A stretch of DNA of 64,000 nucleotides from Eutreptiella sp. 'Long Island Sound 2002' (GCA_964036045.1 OZ038379.1:6944001-7008000); one strand, 5' to 3'. Positions 1 to 12,978 are shown, counted from the first letter of the stretch. Program-made: numbers and translations. The notes: generated from the letters alone by a model not told the origin.

Positions 1-433
1 CATGAGAAGGGGAGGAGGTGGGGGGAGGGGGCCCAAGGGGCGGGGGACCCTCCACCTACGGTTGGCAGCTGTTCTAATACATCCACGGGGGTGCGCTTGA
101 AGAGGGGGGAGGGATCCCTGCCCCCGCCCCTCTTTGGGGTGCCGGTCAGCTGTGCTAACCGCTTCTGGCCCCCTTCAACGGCCCTGACACCGCTTTGTAC
201 CCGACCGAAATTGCCTCCCAACCGCTTTCCAACCGCCTGCAACCGCTCCCAAAGCCTCCCTTCGGCCCCCTCCTCCCCCGCCACTCCGCTGCACCAGTCG
301 GCCTGCCCGGCCCCTTCAGAAAGGGCCCCCATCCGCCACACCGGGCACGGCCCGCGGCCCAGACCCAACGGGGAATGGGGTGGGGCTTGGGGGCAGGGGG
401 TAGCGGTCCGGAGAAACGGAGCACAGGCCACAC

Positions 434-576
434 CAACCGCTCGCCATCCCAATACGCCCGCAGCCCGTCGTACTTCTCGGACACCCACCAGCCCTTCAGC
501 GCCGCCGCCTCGTCCAGCCGCTGCAGCGTCTTGGCCAAAAGAAACTCAGGGGCCTGCGGCATCTGTGCCACGTCCT
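434..576 (-). CDS. Internal exon of an ATP-dependent DNA ligase (adenylation motif I); gene continues beyond the left edge
   Basis: Translation EDVAQMPQAPEFLLAKTLQRLDEAAALKGWWVSEKYDGLRAYWDGERL contains the KxDGxR adenylation motif in the WWVSEKxDGxRAYWDG context of small ATP-dependent ligases. Pyrimidine-rich acceptor cttccccAG (578-577) with an in-frame stop just upstream; donor GT at 433-432. Confidence 0.8.
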
Positions 577-1889
577 CTGGGGAAGCGGGTCACAGACTTC
601 GTTGTGCAGGATTGAACAATGCAGGGGAAGGGGCCCTCAGTAGGATTTGGATATCGCACCTACAAATACCAAGAAAAAAGGTCACACATGAATTGGGGAC
701 ATGATATGTGGCGGGGGAAGAGAGAAACAAGATGGACGGTCAGAGGACTCAAACAAACGCCGATTGCACCCCAGGGGTGCAATTCACAATGTCCCGATCA
801 TGCTTCACAAAGCTGAGTGACATATGGTTGGGTGACAACACGCCCAAATCCACACACATCGATGACAGTCGCAACTGCAACTGTCCCCACATTGGAATGT
901 GAAGGGGTCGGTGCTGGAATGCCTTTGTTGCTTGGGCCATCCACAAGAGCTTGCTTGTACAGCTGATTGCGCTTGGGGTCCCACAAGTACAAATGACAGG
1001 CGGGTTCAACGGCCACCCCACAAGAAAAAAAAAGAAGCAGGCCACAGAGCAAGCTTTTTTTTCTCAAACGTGCAAGGCGCGGAGACACACCAGCATCGCA
1101 TGTTTCAACACATGCCTTGAACTGCAAACACCAATCCCATGTGTTTGACCATACCCGCAGTGCAAAGAACCGGTGATGTCACACCCAGGCCACTAACTTA
1201 AAGCGGGGGTTGTGGCGTGGGGTTGTGTTGTGTCAAGTTTTCCTGGGCAATGGAGTCACTTGAGAGATATCCAACATTTGGCGCTTTGGAGTGGCAGGTG
1301 GCACGCCTTGAACACGTGGTGTGAGTTAAGGGGAGAAATTCTCCTTCACAGATTTTTACCAGGGTCCCCAAGCGGTGAGGAATCAAATGACTACATAACT
1401 CATGCATTAACCTGCCCAAAGCAGCATGCAGCATCAGGGTCCTCAAGCCGGGAAGGAGTCAAATGGCTGCACAACCCATACCGTATCAGGGTGCCCAAAG
1501 AGGGGAGGAATCAAATGACCGCCTAACCACCACCATCCACTACCATATGGAGTCCCCATCGTGGGAAGGAGTCAAACGACCACCTAGCCCATGTTGTAAC
1601 CAGACCGGCAAACAAGGGGGTGATGGTGTTTTCAATGGCTGTGATTCTTTCAAGCACATTTGCAAATACAGTAAAAAAAAAAAAATCAGGTGCAATAAAC
1701 GGTGCTTGGAAACAAACTCAAAATTTTTCTAGTCGGAAAATGTCACGTTTTTGATTCCGTTGCACCCCAAGGACGTTCGATGCGCCCTGAGGCAGAGCAC
1801 CGGCTGATGAGGGAGATTTGTGCGTCACCAACAGTGTGCAGGACTCCTCCCGATGAACACTCATAAGTGGAAGCTGACCCGATGCAATC

Positions 1890-2072
1890 CAGAAGACCGT
1901 GTTCATTTATCTGCCGTTGTTTGTTTGTTTTGCCAACTGAATTTCTGCAATGGTCCTGGCGTCGCAAGATACTTCATTTTTCCTGTTTTTCCTGGGCAGC
2001 ATTTTTGTGAAGTTGACCTTTCTGTGAAGGATGTTTGGGTGCCCTTCTCCTGTTCATAACAAGAAGTGCGGG
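1890..2072. repeat. 183-bp direct repeat, copy 1 (copy 2 at 2885-3067)
   Basis: cagaagaccgtgttcatttatctgcc...cataacaagaagtgcggg occurs twice 995 bp apart with few substitutions. Confidence 0.9.
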
Positions 2073-2329
2073 TTACTGCGTCGCCAACCACTGTCGGGTT
2101 GCCACAAAAATGCCACCCCAAAACCTGAGGCTTTCCTGGAAAAACGAAAGAAAGAAGAAAAGAAATAAATCCCCGTGGCAACCAACATTTGTCCAGCCCC
2201 ACCACCCCTCGGCCCACACGGGAGAAACCGTGACCCAACGAACCCCTGCCAGTGAGAAATTCCCTCGCGGCAGACATCCCCTCCGGACCTGCCCGACCCA
2301 ATCATCCCCATACCACTGTCCTCGGCCGC

Positions 2330-2542
2330 CACAAATGTGGACTGCAACTCCTCCCCAGTCTCCACAAGGTGGACCAGGAAATCCTCTGTAACAACCGCAA
2401 CCTCAGCTTTTCTGTGGGCTGCATTGTGCAAAGCGGTGCCAGCCCCGTTCTCGCACACCACCAAATGCGTCACCTCGGAGGTCAGCGTCCGGGCCACAGA
2501 CCAGCCACGACTCCCCAGTTCCTGTATAATAGAGGAAACGGT
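2330..2542 (-). pseudogene. BRCT-domain-like coding fragment (relic or orphan exon)
   Basis: IIQELGSRGWSVARTLTSEVTHLVVCENGAGTALHNAAHRKAEVAVVTEDFLVHLVETG fits the BRCT pattern (LG-G-V, VTHLVV, A...IVT..FL). In-frame TGA immediately upstream (2545-2543). Confidence 0.55.
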
Positions 2543-2884
2543 TCAATGGGCACAAGTGCAGCAGACCTAACCTCCTGCGGTCAACTGGATATCCCCGCCA
2601 TGGAGGCCGGTAGACACGGCGTAGATTGCAACCAACAGAAACGCCAGACTGCGTAATTCAACCCCTTTCAAGTTTGGGTGAAATGACGATAAGGTGGAGG
2701 ACCATTCACAGCAAGGTAAAACACCCTTTCAACACAGCAGCAGCTGATGCTGCAACAGACCAAGATATTCGACACCGGCCCGATCCAGTGTCTCATCCAG
2801 ATAGACTGTAGCGGTGTCAGAGAATACGCGGGATACCAATTCTGTTGAATTCTATTTTCGCAATTTTTGAAGGCCGCCAGAAAA

Positions 2885-3067
2885 CAGAAGACCGTGTTCA
2901 TTTATCTGCCGTTGTTTGTTTTTTTTGCCAACTGAATTTCTGCAATGGTCCTGGCGTCGCAAGATACTTCAATTTTCCTGTTTTTCCTTGGCGGCATTTT
3001 TGTGAAGTTAACCTTCCTGTGAAGGATGTTTGGGTGCCCTTCTCCTGTTCATAACAAGAAGTGCGGG
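2885..3067. repeat. 183-bp direct repeat, copy 2
   Basis: Near-identical to 1890-2072. Confidence 0.9.
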
Positions 3068-4439
3068 CCCTTGGACTATGGGATCGCACGCAGTCCATGC
3101 CACACACATAGGTTGGTTGAACTCGAGGAGTGCCATACACTTTCCAATCCGTTTTCGGGCACTTTCAATCTTGGTGTCACTCAAAGTCTTCATCGCTGCT
3201 GATGTGACAATGAGGCAAGCAAACCCTTCCACGTTAGAAGAGCCACAGGGTCCCACAACTGGGCAACAAGGGTGACTGCTGCAGGGCCAGCAGCAACATT
3301 CAAAATTCCAACAACCATGGCTCTACAGAAATCAGACAGAATGTCCAAATCTCCTCCAGCAGCAAAACGAAGGGCTGCAATGTCATGGGGCACAACGGAC
3401 CAACCAATACACTTGCTCCATCTGAACACAATGCGACATAAACAACCCAGCAATCAGGGTTTGTAGAATGACGTCTTCCAAAATTGCTCCCAGACCTCTT
3501 GGGATGCCCAAAACGAGTGTTTTCAGCCTGTTTTGAGGCCGTCCTGCCCTGTGTGGCCCCCGAACAGTCCCGAAACCCTTTGAAAACGGGCCATTTGGCG
3601 CCCATAAGTGCGTTAAAAATGGGGTCAACAACGGATTTTTCCAGAAATGATGGGGCTGTGTTGGTCCCATGTTCAGTCGGTTTTGCCATGTACGTATGGC
3701 ATGCCCATGTTTGAGGAGTCCCAGGGTGAATCCCCTCTATTTTGAAAATAGAGGGGTGGGGAATCCATTTTTGAAGATTTTGGGGCCTGTCCGTAAATCC
3801 TCTGCCCAGAGATTCCGATTTTGTATCATTTTTGCCATGTTTTCACCAACATCTGGCAAGGCTGCATCCCGGGCATCTTACAGGCCCGATTCCTTCAAAA
3901 TAGTGTCAATGGGAGGTCATATTCATTCAGAGTAGATTTGTTGCGTCTGATGTGTAGAAGCCATGTGCAAAGTGGCTCGACTCAACTCAACAATACTTGG
4001 CACAACCATCATGGGCACCCCCCATGGTGCTGCCAGTTCGCATCAGGCTGCACAGGGGTGTTAGTGTTCAGATTAGCCAACATATCATTGGGATGAGGGG
4101 AGCTACTTTGCACATGGCTTCTAAACATTAAAATGCAACCAATCCACCCTCAATGACTTGACCACTCACTGACAATATGTCGGAGGATTTGGGGGGGGGG
4201 GGGGGGGGAGCAAGGTCGAGACGCCGGGAGCTGAGCCAACAGCAGGTCGAAACCATGAAAAGTTCAAAATTGCGTCTTCGGTACTCAAAAATATGGCCTC
4301 AGGACCCCCCATGACGGATACCTCTTCGAATATCCCTTTTTTTTGGAGATTTCAGCCCCCCCCCCCCCCCCAGTGACAATAATCTTAAGCAATTCGGCCG
4401 AAAAATTGACAACCCGTTTTGTGGATTACCCCCTCCCGT

Positions 4440-4815
4440 TTCTACAACGCGTATTTCTGTGTTCTACAATGCACAGTATTGCCTACACTGCATATTTCGT
4501 TTTCTACAAAATGACATGACACACACTATAATTTCCACAATACGTAGTAAAGCGTTCTCCAACGCGCGATATATTTTCCACACGGCATATCAAATTTCAT
4601 GCAAAAATGTTACATTCTCTACAATGCGCATTCAATTGGCTACAATGCAGATTACATCTTCTACAACACACACTACATTTTCTTCGACATGCATTGACCT
4701 TTCTGCAACACACGCTACACTTTCGTTCGATTGTGTACCATTTCCACAACACGCCTTGCATTTTCTGCAGCACATGTCAACCACATTTTCTGCACTCCAC
4801 ATTGCAATTTCTGCA
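4440..4815. repeat. Degenerate AT-rich minisatellite (ttttctacaac/ctgcaac-like units)
   Basis: Recurring tttctacaa/tttctgcaa/tttccacaa motif at roughly 20-25 bp spacing. Confidence 0.55.
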
Positions 4816-6439
4816 ACGTGGTACAGCCTCAACTGCTGATGGTGCATACCTCGATCCACTCCTTGCGGGTCTTCTGCTTTGGATGCCCAGCAAAGATGAA
4901 GCCATATCCTGAATAAGACACAGTCAAGATGGCCATTGGTTTTGAGAGAAATACCATGACCGGAGATTCGTTGCTCTGGGATTGCTCACCAAGTAATGGG
5001 GCTAAACCACAGGAACTAGAGGAAAAGTGTGGTGCATAATTGTGTGTGTGTGGGAAATTGCCAAAAAGGCTCAGTAAATGTGCTGGTGAGTACTTCTGGG
5101 CGTATTGGTGGGTGAGAGTGTGTCAGTTGTCCATGTGATCACAAGGGGTGCTTCTGCCCCTGTGGCATCCCTGCCATGCTGGCGATGGCAACCTGTTCAT
5201 GAAGGCCCTCCCAAGACTGTGAAGATATAGAGGGGGCTCGCCACTACCACTGATGTGGCAAATGTAGCACCGGGCCAGGAGGTTCCGGGCCACTGAGTCT
5301 TCTGAGGGGGGAGAGGAGGGGAAAGGGGCACAGGAATTCGGGAACGATGGGTCATTGAGCCACCAAATATCCCGTCAGATATTACAGTCTGCATTACAAC
5401 AGCCCTCTGTCCTTCACTACAGCAACGAAGCAAGCAAGCAACAAGCAAGTCCACTGGCAGCTGTGTCAATCACCCCATCCCAACGCTGTGGGCTCAACTC
5501 TACTCCTGTCCCCTTATGCAACCACATGTGCCCTGCCCTGCCGTAACCTGCCCTGACCTGAACAATCGCTGTGGGCTCCAAATTGGGAAAACACCCTGTG
5601 GAAACCGTCCAGTTCGGCGACGTCCGTCCAGTCAAGTGTGCCCCAAACCGGCCACAGCGCAGATTTAGCGGTGAGTGTGCCACAGTTTCACTTCCCTTGC
5701 TGCGCCATTGAGGGTTGTTCCAGCCTCTACCTCCAAGACAACTCTGGGTCACGCCTCAATAACTGCCCCACGTGTCACAGGCCGCCCAACTTGTCCGATG
5801 GTGCCTCGAAGGCTCCTTGTGTTTGCAGTTGTTGCATCCAACAAAGGCGAATCTGCTAATTTGTGCTTGAATGCTGCACATTTGGGACTTTGGTGCCAAA
5901 ACTTCCGCCGTAGTTTTGTGGCATATGCCTGTGGCAGGCGTTTTTCTTTTGTCAAGTGCCTTGAGGTCCTCACATGCACAACTCCCAGCGATGGACTTGG
6001 ACACTTGTGCTTCTCCTTTTGCTTGATCTCACTTGGGGTTCCGCCCACTTCAGAGGGCAAGTCGCAGATGAAAAAACCAACCTTGTTCAGCGACTAGCCA
6101 CAAGTTCCAACTTTCAACACGGCTCCGCAGAGCGTGAGGCGACCTATTTCGCCACGGTGGACGATATCTTTGGCTGTATGGCTCGGAATCCGAATTTGAC
6201 GGCACGTACTCTGACCGCCACCACCCCCACTTTTTGCAATCTGGACCCTGTCCAGCGTGTCCCTAACCCCATCCCAATCGCTGGACATACCCTGCCCAAA
6301 TGACTCTCCAAAGGTGCCCCAACGCGGACCATTGGAGCTATATTCATGCGCCAAAGTGCACGCACAAGCGCATACATGCAAGCCTACCCGCACCTAGGCC
6401 GAACATGCACATCGCGCACTGATACCATTCAGGTGGGGC

Positions 6440-6720
6440 CCACGCGAACTCTGAGATCATGCTGCTGCTGGGCACTGTGCCGTGGTCCAGCAGATGAGCC
6501 ACGAAAGCCTCCGTGACGATCAGAATGTTGTTGTGCACTGCTTTGTCGTAAGCTTGGGTGGTGTGCCCTTTCTCACCACAGACCAAGTGGGTTACCTGCC
6601 AGGACATTGGGACGGAGGCTGTTGGAACGATTCCATCATCTGACATGGGCATGCAACTCAAAGATGTGGTACTTTCGTGTCCTCTCTACAGCTTCGTATA
6701 GTGCAATGAAAACGCATTTT
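6440..6720 (-). pseudogene. Second, disrupted BRCT-like fragment
   Basis: KKCVFIALYEAVERTRKYHIFELHAHVR*WNRSNSLRPNV, then a frameshift into VTHLVCGEKGHTTQAYDKAVHNNILIVTEAFVAHLLDHG. BRCT pattern that aligns loosely to the 2330-2542 copy, with one stop and one frameshift. Confidence 0.55.
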
Positions 6721-8012
6721 TTACGATGGCTGCTGGTAAAGAGGTTGCGGATAGGTGTTATTGCAACGCGTAGACACAGGTCATGCTTTTGCACTTCGCG
6801 CAGCACACGTCTGCGCTGTCCCCAGCATCCAGGGACGAATTTGGTGAAAATAACATAAAAAGAAGAGAAAGATGATGCACAAGCAACTTGCACCACCATG
6901 CATGGCAAATCTGTTTCAGAAATTTCGATTATTCCACTCTTGTGGCTCAAAACAGCCAAGCCCTTCAGGATCACAATGGCAAGGGTAGAATCCTGTGCCG
7001 ATAGCTGAACCCCCCCCTTGCCCGAAAAACAGCTGTCGAAAATTTCATTATTTTTCGGGCCCCGGCTTGACAACACCTTAGTCTCCTTTGGGCCATTGTC
7101 CTATGTAATAAGGTGGTGCTCATATCTAGACTCAACATTTACATAGCCACTGATATTGCATGCTCTGTGTGTTGCGTCTCCCCCAATTGTTGTGTCCGTG
7201 GTCAACAATGATGTCCTAGGTGCAAGCACTTCCATTTTGCAAACTTCGCTCAAGTTTGCATACCAACAATCCCAGATTCCAACATTGTGCCCAAATTTCC
7301 CATGCACAGTTTGGTGTCAAAGCACAAACCTCAATGTGATGACGCTCATGCACTGTACCTATTCTCAAGTGCCTGGCACCTTTTGGCCCAAGTGGGTGGA
7401 TGGCTAACACAAAATGTGCGGCATGTGTGTGATTGAGCATTCAAGCATTGTCTACATAGGCTTTGCAATGATGCATCTACACTCCATCTACCACATACAC
7501 ACACGAGCAAGAGGATAAATAATGGCCAAATGAGTCACACAAGGTAGCAACAAGGCCACTGCCTTGTCCAATTGGCAAGTCAAACACACACAACACTCAA
7601 ACAACACAATACCAACACAAAAAAAAGACAACACAAAACAAGAAAGCACAAAAGGTGGTAAGCATGCAACTTATTCTAGGACACCTACAAACCGCCACAA
7701 ATACCCAAACTCAACAAACAACAGACCACACAAAGAAATTACGCCTGCATAAAAAAAGGGCCAGCAACTATTAACTCCAACAGCTGGCGGGCAGGCTTGC
7801 GGCGGAATTGACCTAACGGCTGGCCACCACCAACAACACTATGTTGACATAGCCCAAAGAAAGACCGCCCATGTGGTTCAAGGTCATGCCCATGTTATAG
7901 CAGCCCCGCCCCCCCCAAAAAAATTGGGCATCTATCCTACCACACATTGCAACTGTGGAGTCTTTTGCATTGCAAGCTGGACAGGTTTTCATGAAAGTAA
8001 CCAAAAAAAGAG

Positions 8013-8927
8013 CAAATTCGTGCTTCTGCTTTGGGGAGCAAGCTCTTTCCTCGCTGTGTCTTTTTCCCAATCAGGGTCTTTGGTGGCTTCAACACAGAGC
8101 ACGAGGGCATCTGGTGGCCAAACGCGACTCCTTGAGTGTTGAACGGAATATTGAGAACGACTTGGAACTGTACACAAATGTGCAGTGCACATAAAAAAAG
8201 AGCATCCTCCAAGCATCCGTCCGACGCAACGACACAAACAACGTGCGCGAAACAAGCTTCACCTGCAAGGAACGAGTGGAAGCACGTCCTCGTCAGGAAT
8301 AGTCGACGTACGATGTGCGAAAGCCGTCGAAGAACTGCAGAGACGAATTCACGACCTTGTGGCGGCACTCTGAAGACAAAAACAACATTGTGGACTTCTC
8401 TGGCACTTGGTAGAGCTGGTGTTTTGTGTGCATTGCTGGATTCGGACCCCTTGGAGCTACATACTGGATGCAAACAAAAAAAGGATGCATTTGAACTGTG
8501 TTGAACTCTCCACTGTTTGAACACAAAGCAACACAAAAAAGGTAACGACACAAATTCGTGCTTCTGCTTTGGGGAGCAAGCTCTTTCCTCGCTGTGTCTT
8601 TTTCCCAATCAGGGTCTTTGGTGGCTTCAACACAGAGCACGAGGGCATCTGGTGGCCAAACGCGACTCCTTGAGTGTTGAACGGAATATTGAGAACGACT
8701 TGGAACTGTACACAAATGTGCAGTGCACATAAAAAAAGAGCATCCTCCAAGCATCCGTCCGACGCAACGACACAAACAATGTGCGCGAAACAATCTTCAC
8801 CTGCAAGGATTCGCGAGGCACGAATGGAAGCATGTCCTCGTCAGAAATAGTTGACGTATGACGTACGAAGCCGTCTCGTACGAAGCCGTCTAAGTGAGAG
8901 TTCGCGACCTCGTCGAGGCACTCTGAG
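8013..8927. repeat. Local direct duplication (8013-8271 and 8551-8809 near-identical; diverged homology extends to ~8373 and ~8927)
   Basis: caaattcgtgcttctgctttgggg...cacctgcaagga repeated at 538-bp period. Confidence 0.9.
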
Positions 8928-9120
8928 CGATGAGAGCTAGCCACGTCTCGGACCTCTTGAACGTTGAAGGAATCCGTCTGGTGGCAAGCCACCACGTCGG
9001 TAGGCACGTCGGAGTGATCGTTGAAAACAGACAACCCGTACTTGGAAATGGTCCGGGCCAACACGTGTATCTCGTCACCAGCAATCAAATACAGAATGGG
9101 AATCCCCCGAGCTCCCAGCT

Positions 9121-9304
9121 CCCCCGAGTCTCGCTTTGCCTGCTTCCCCAAGCGTAGCTCGGGGCATAAAAAGGTACGGCGGATCCCCCAAAATTCGCTT
9201 CGCCTGCACGGCTCCCCCAAGCGCAGCTCCGGCCATAAAAAGGTAAGGCAACTCCCCCGAGTCTCGCTTCGCCTGCAAGGCTCCCCCAAGCGCAGCTCTA
9301 GGCA
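9121..9304. repeat. Tandem ~65-70-bp repeat, about 2.8 copies
   Basis: cccccgagtctcgctt(t/c)gcctgc...cccaagcgcagctc...cataaaaaggta units. Confidence 0.8.
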
Positions 9305-9615
9305 TCTCCACAAGTCCCATGTTCTGGTGGAGAGACCTTGAGCAAAAAGGTAAGGTGAAGGCACACCCAACAAAGAGCAAAGGTAAAGGTCAGAGGTAAA
9401 AGGTCAAAGTGCACACAACAAAGAGCAAAGGTCAAGTTCCAAGGTCAAAGGTCACAAGGGTGCAAGTCAGTTTGGAGATGATGCAGGTCACTGTGGAGAA
9501 GGTGTAACTGACAGCAAGCAGTAAAGGCAAAAGAAAGCACCTAGCAGCCTACAATGCGACGACCAAACATGCCAACTAATTTGCCTAACTGCAATAATTA
9601 TGTATTATGTATACA

Positions 9616-10932
9616 TGAACTAACAAGCGTAGCGTCATGACACAAGAACTTTTGCGGAGTAGCTGCGGAGTAGCGGCACGAGCAGACAATTGGGTTTACG
9701 GTGGGTGCAAAAGTATTGAAATGCCCTCCCTTTAGCATTTACAGCATGAGGGCAAACACCTACGTACTATGCAATTGAACTTTATGACACTTGCTACTAA
9801 CATCGGTGCTTGCACTCCATCATTTTGCGTTGATTCCAAAGCACAATATGCGGGTGAGACACATGCAGCCCATCCATATCCTCAAAGCTTCACGATGCGT
9901 GACACTCAGATGGTTTATGTTCATCCTTGCTTCAAGAGACAAATACAAAACCTTAAGGCTCCCAATTAGGAGGTGTGTTCAAATTCACCCGGATAGTACA
10001 TGGAAGGGTGAATTGTACAACACAATGCAAAGCAAGCGAGCAGCGCTCAAAAGCTCAAAGACATGGAACTCGATATAGACAGCAAAATGCGGTGCCCCAT
10101 GTGCTGCTGGTCTCAACACCAATAATCTGATGGGGGGCACGGTACAAAAGGGATTGAAAACAGGAAAATGGACGACCCTTGGACGTCTCAGTTTGAATGG
10201 CATCGCATCTATACCATAAACAATTTGTCATTTGGGGCACGCCAACTCTTCGGCAATCGCGAAGTCTCCCGAGGCAGAAGGAATACCTTCTCGAGCCTTC
10301 CGTAGGATGGGATCAAAATTTTACCCGCGCCCGCAAGGGTCGGCCAAAACCAAAACCAAACAAAACCAAAATTTGGTGCCACGCACAGGTTAGCAGCTGC
10401 TACAAGCGGAAAAGTAAGGATGCGGGCTTCAATGGGGGAGAGCTGATGAAAATGTTCTCAAATAAAATGCATCCGGGCTGCACCCGTGACAAGTGGTAAA
10501 AGAGCCTTCTCCGTTCTCAAATTGTGCAATGCCAGTAAGGGAAACCACTTCAAGTGATAGCGACATCCACACGATGCAAGCCAATCCACCCTCCACCATT
10601 GAGTGCAAAAAGTCCAAGATATCGCACTTTTGATGCCAATTCAAACGAAAGCGGATGGTTCGCCGCTGCTGTGCATAGCGCATGACGTCGTGCCTGCAAA
10701 ATCGTTCAAAAACCCAGTTCAGCCGCAAACGGTGGTCACTAGCGAAAAAACATGAACACGACTCTCCAATACGGCCATGTGGTTGGTCGGCATGGCAAAT
10801 CCCTGCTCTGGCACTCCCGGGAACCTAGTGACTTGGGAGGGAATGGGCCCAATTGTGGTGGTAGCTCACGTGTTCCCTTTGCAAGATTTTGTCCTTCATG
10901 CAAAACGGAAAATCTTTGAATCTTTGAATTGA
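9616..10932 (+). repeat. Left arm of a large inverted repeat; carries the empty target of the YR retrotransposon at 9951-9958
   Basis: Reverse complement of 12979-14015 joined to 19307-19646. The ORF track gives identical translations on opposite strands (10197-10499 vs 13472-13774; 9985-10203 vs 13768-13986). About 60 bp present in the right arm (~13071-13130) are missing here. Confidence 0.92.
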
Positions 10933-12540
10933 GCCGCCAACCTAAGCTTGGTTGGGGTTTGGATACATGTGAAAAATCCCTAGATCATCGAACAAAGGTT
11001 CTGTACTCCGTTTCCCATCCGGAGCCCCCGTTTGGCGCGAAGATTTCCCCGACAACTTTACCACAAGAGCACACACCCGAGGCATTCGTTTAGGGGAATT
11101 AGACGCAAGGTTTTGGTGGAAGCCCCGTTTTTGGTGCGGGAACATGCATCGAGTTTACTGAAGACGTGCCGCGAGGTACATGTTGCTTCACGGATGAACT
11201 TGCCGTGACCGGCAGTGCTGAGGATGGCCTGAAGGGAGACGGGGCACGCAGTTTGCGCTCTTGTTGCACCGTGAGAGCGTGTGCTGGTGAGGGTTGTACT
11301 TGTTGGGGTACATAGGCTCACCACCACTAGCGGAACACCACTCCGCTGTTGGACAGAGTGTTTGCACTTCGTGCTGAAAGGGGTATTGCCGTGTGGATCC
11401 CCAAGGGAATGTGCATATCCCAAGATGTTCCCTTCATAAAGTCCGTTCCGGACCCTGGCAACTCATTCCATTTGAAAAACTCCGTTCCAGCTAAACTCCA
11501 TTCCATTCCATTTTGAAACTCCTATCCCAAGATCTCGAATATTCTTGTCGTACTGCAGAATTTGTGTTAAATAAGGAATAATAATGGCCTCGGCCACCGC
11601 GGGCTTTTTTCCTTATCCTTATGTTCTAATAATGTGTTTTGTAGAGCCAGGATGTTTTCCTAATTTTCTAATGGAGCCCAACCTCAGGGATGTATTTTGA
11701 TGTGTTCCTCATTCTTTGCTTCGCCGCCTTCGGCGGTATTGTTCCTTGAATGAATGCACATAAGCATGCATGGGCACAAAGCAGGCACAAAGCGTAAGAG
11801 GGAATTCTGAATGTGCTAAGCACGGCTAACCAAGGACGTGCAGCGAATCACGTCGCACATCTGCTCCCACCAAGTATGTCAGAGCCGACTTGTGCCGAGG
11901 CTGAGCCTTTTGGGCAGTGATCGAGTAAGGCAAGCCCAAGGCACCAAAACCAGAGCGGCAATTTCATGAACGCAAATTCGGGGTGCGAAGCACAAAAAGT
12001 TTTTTCCCACCTAGTGCTGTAGTGTGTCTCCAAGCACTTGTTGTGGAATCCGTCCCCTGGAGTTGAGGCACCGGCACTTTAATGAGGATAGTGATGAGGA
12101 TGATGAGAATGACCCAGCTTGGGTTGATTTCATGGTAGAGATGGGGAGGAAGATGAGGAGGTTCAAGAGGAGGAGGACGATGACAATCAATTGCCGACCA
12201 ATCTTGCTGATTGATAGCTTTAAAGCTACTACCACCCGCGGTGGACGAAGTACATGCATTCGACCCAAGTACTCATGAGTTTAGTGTCACATGTGGACAA
12301 CGCCGATGTTTTGGCTGCTGTCGGATCTGTGGCAGATTGAAACTCAGGTATCACACCTGGGTGATCGATCAATCACTCTACTGTATATACAGGTCAACAC
12401 AGTCAGGCACCGTTTTGGTGCCTTCGCGGTCCCCACAGTAGCCACAGAAACGGTCAAGCGGGTAACCGGGCAGATCACGGAGTGTCAAACCACCAGGTGC
12501 CAGTATGCAATTTGCAGCCTATAGGACGCACTAGAGTTTT

Positions 12541-12672
12541 CACAGCGCAGATAATTCCCCGTAAATTCGCGGTACGTCTCTGGACGATGTCTGTGGTGGG
12601 GAGTTTTCGCACACAGCGCAGATAATTCCCCGTAAATTCGCGGTCGTCTCTGGACGATGTCTGTGGTGGGGA
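12541..12672. repeat. Tandem duplication, 71-bp period, in the spacer of the inverted repeat
   Basis: cacagcgcagataattccccgtaaattcgcggt(a)cgtctctggacgatgtctgtggtgggga at 12541 and 12612. Confidence 0.85.
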
Positions 12673-12978
12673 ACTTCTGACACATTTGTGGGATGCGGCT
12701 AAGTAAGGGATAAGTCCCTTACTGAGCCGCGTCATCTTTTCTCCTCAGTACCTGACAGGACATTCAGGAATTGACACAATGTTGGAACCGGATTTTCTAG
12801 GATCACATTTCTGATTCTGATTTCTATCTATTGCAGAAATTTGGCAATTTCAGAATGCAGACTAGGGGCCCAAAAAAAAGAAAAGTGAATGATGTTGATT
12901 GTTTCGACAGTGCTATCCCATTACATCGTCTAAATGTATCATTTCAATGAGACAATCCATGGTTATGCTTTTTTTTTA

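Noticed and set aside
4190-4372. Segment bounded by a G-run and a C-run as a TIR element; also the many G/C homopolymers as G-quadruplex signals
   Set aside because: Homopolymer runs are ubiquitous in this window, no adjacent TSD was found, and run lengths may be sequencing-dependent.
8170-8790. VVASDGCLED as a PP2C phosphatase motif
   Set aside because: A single short motif without the other PP2C motifs; kept only as an unassigned protein-like frame.
11848-12524. Short ORFs in the inverted-repeat spacer as a transposase
   Set aside because: Fragmented, with no DDE or other recognisable motif.
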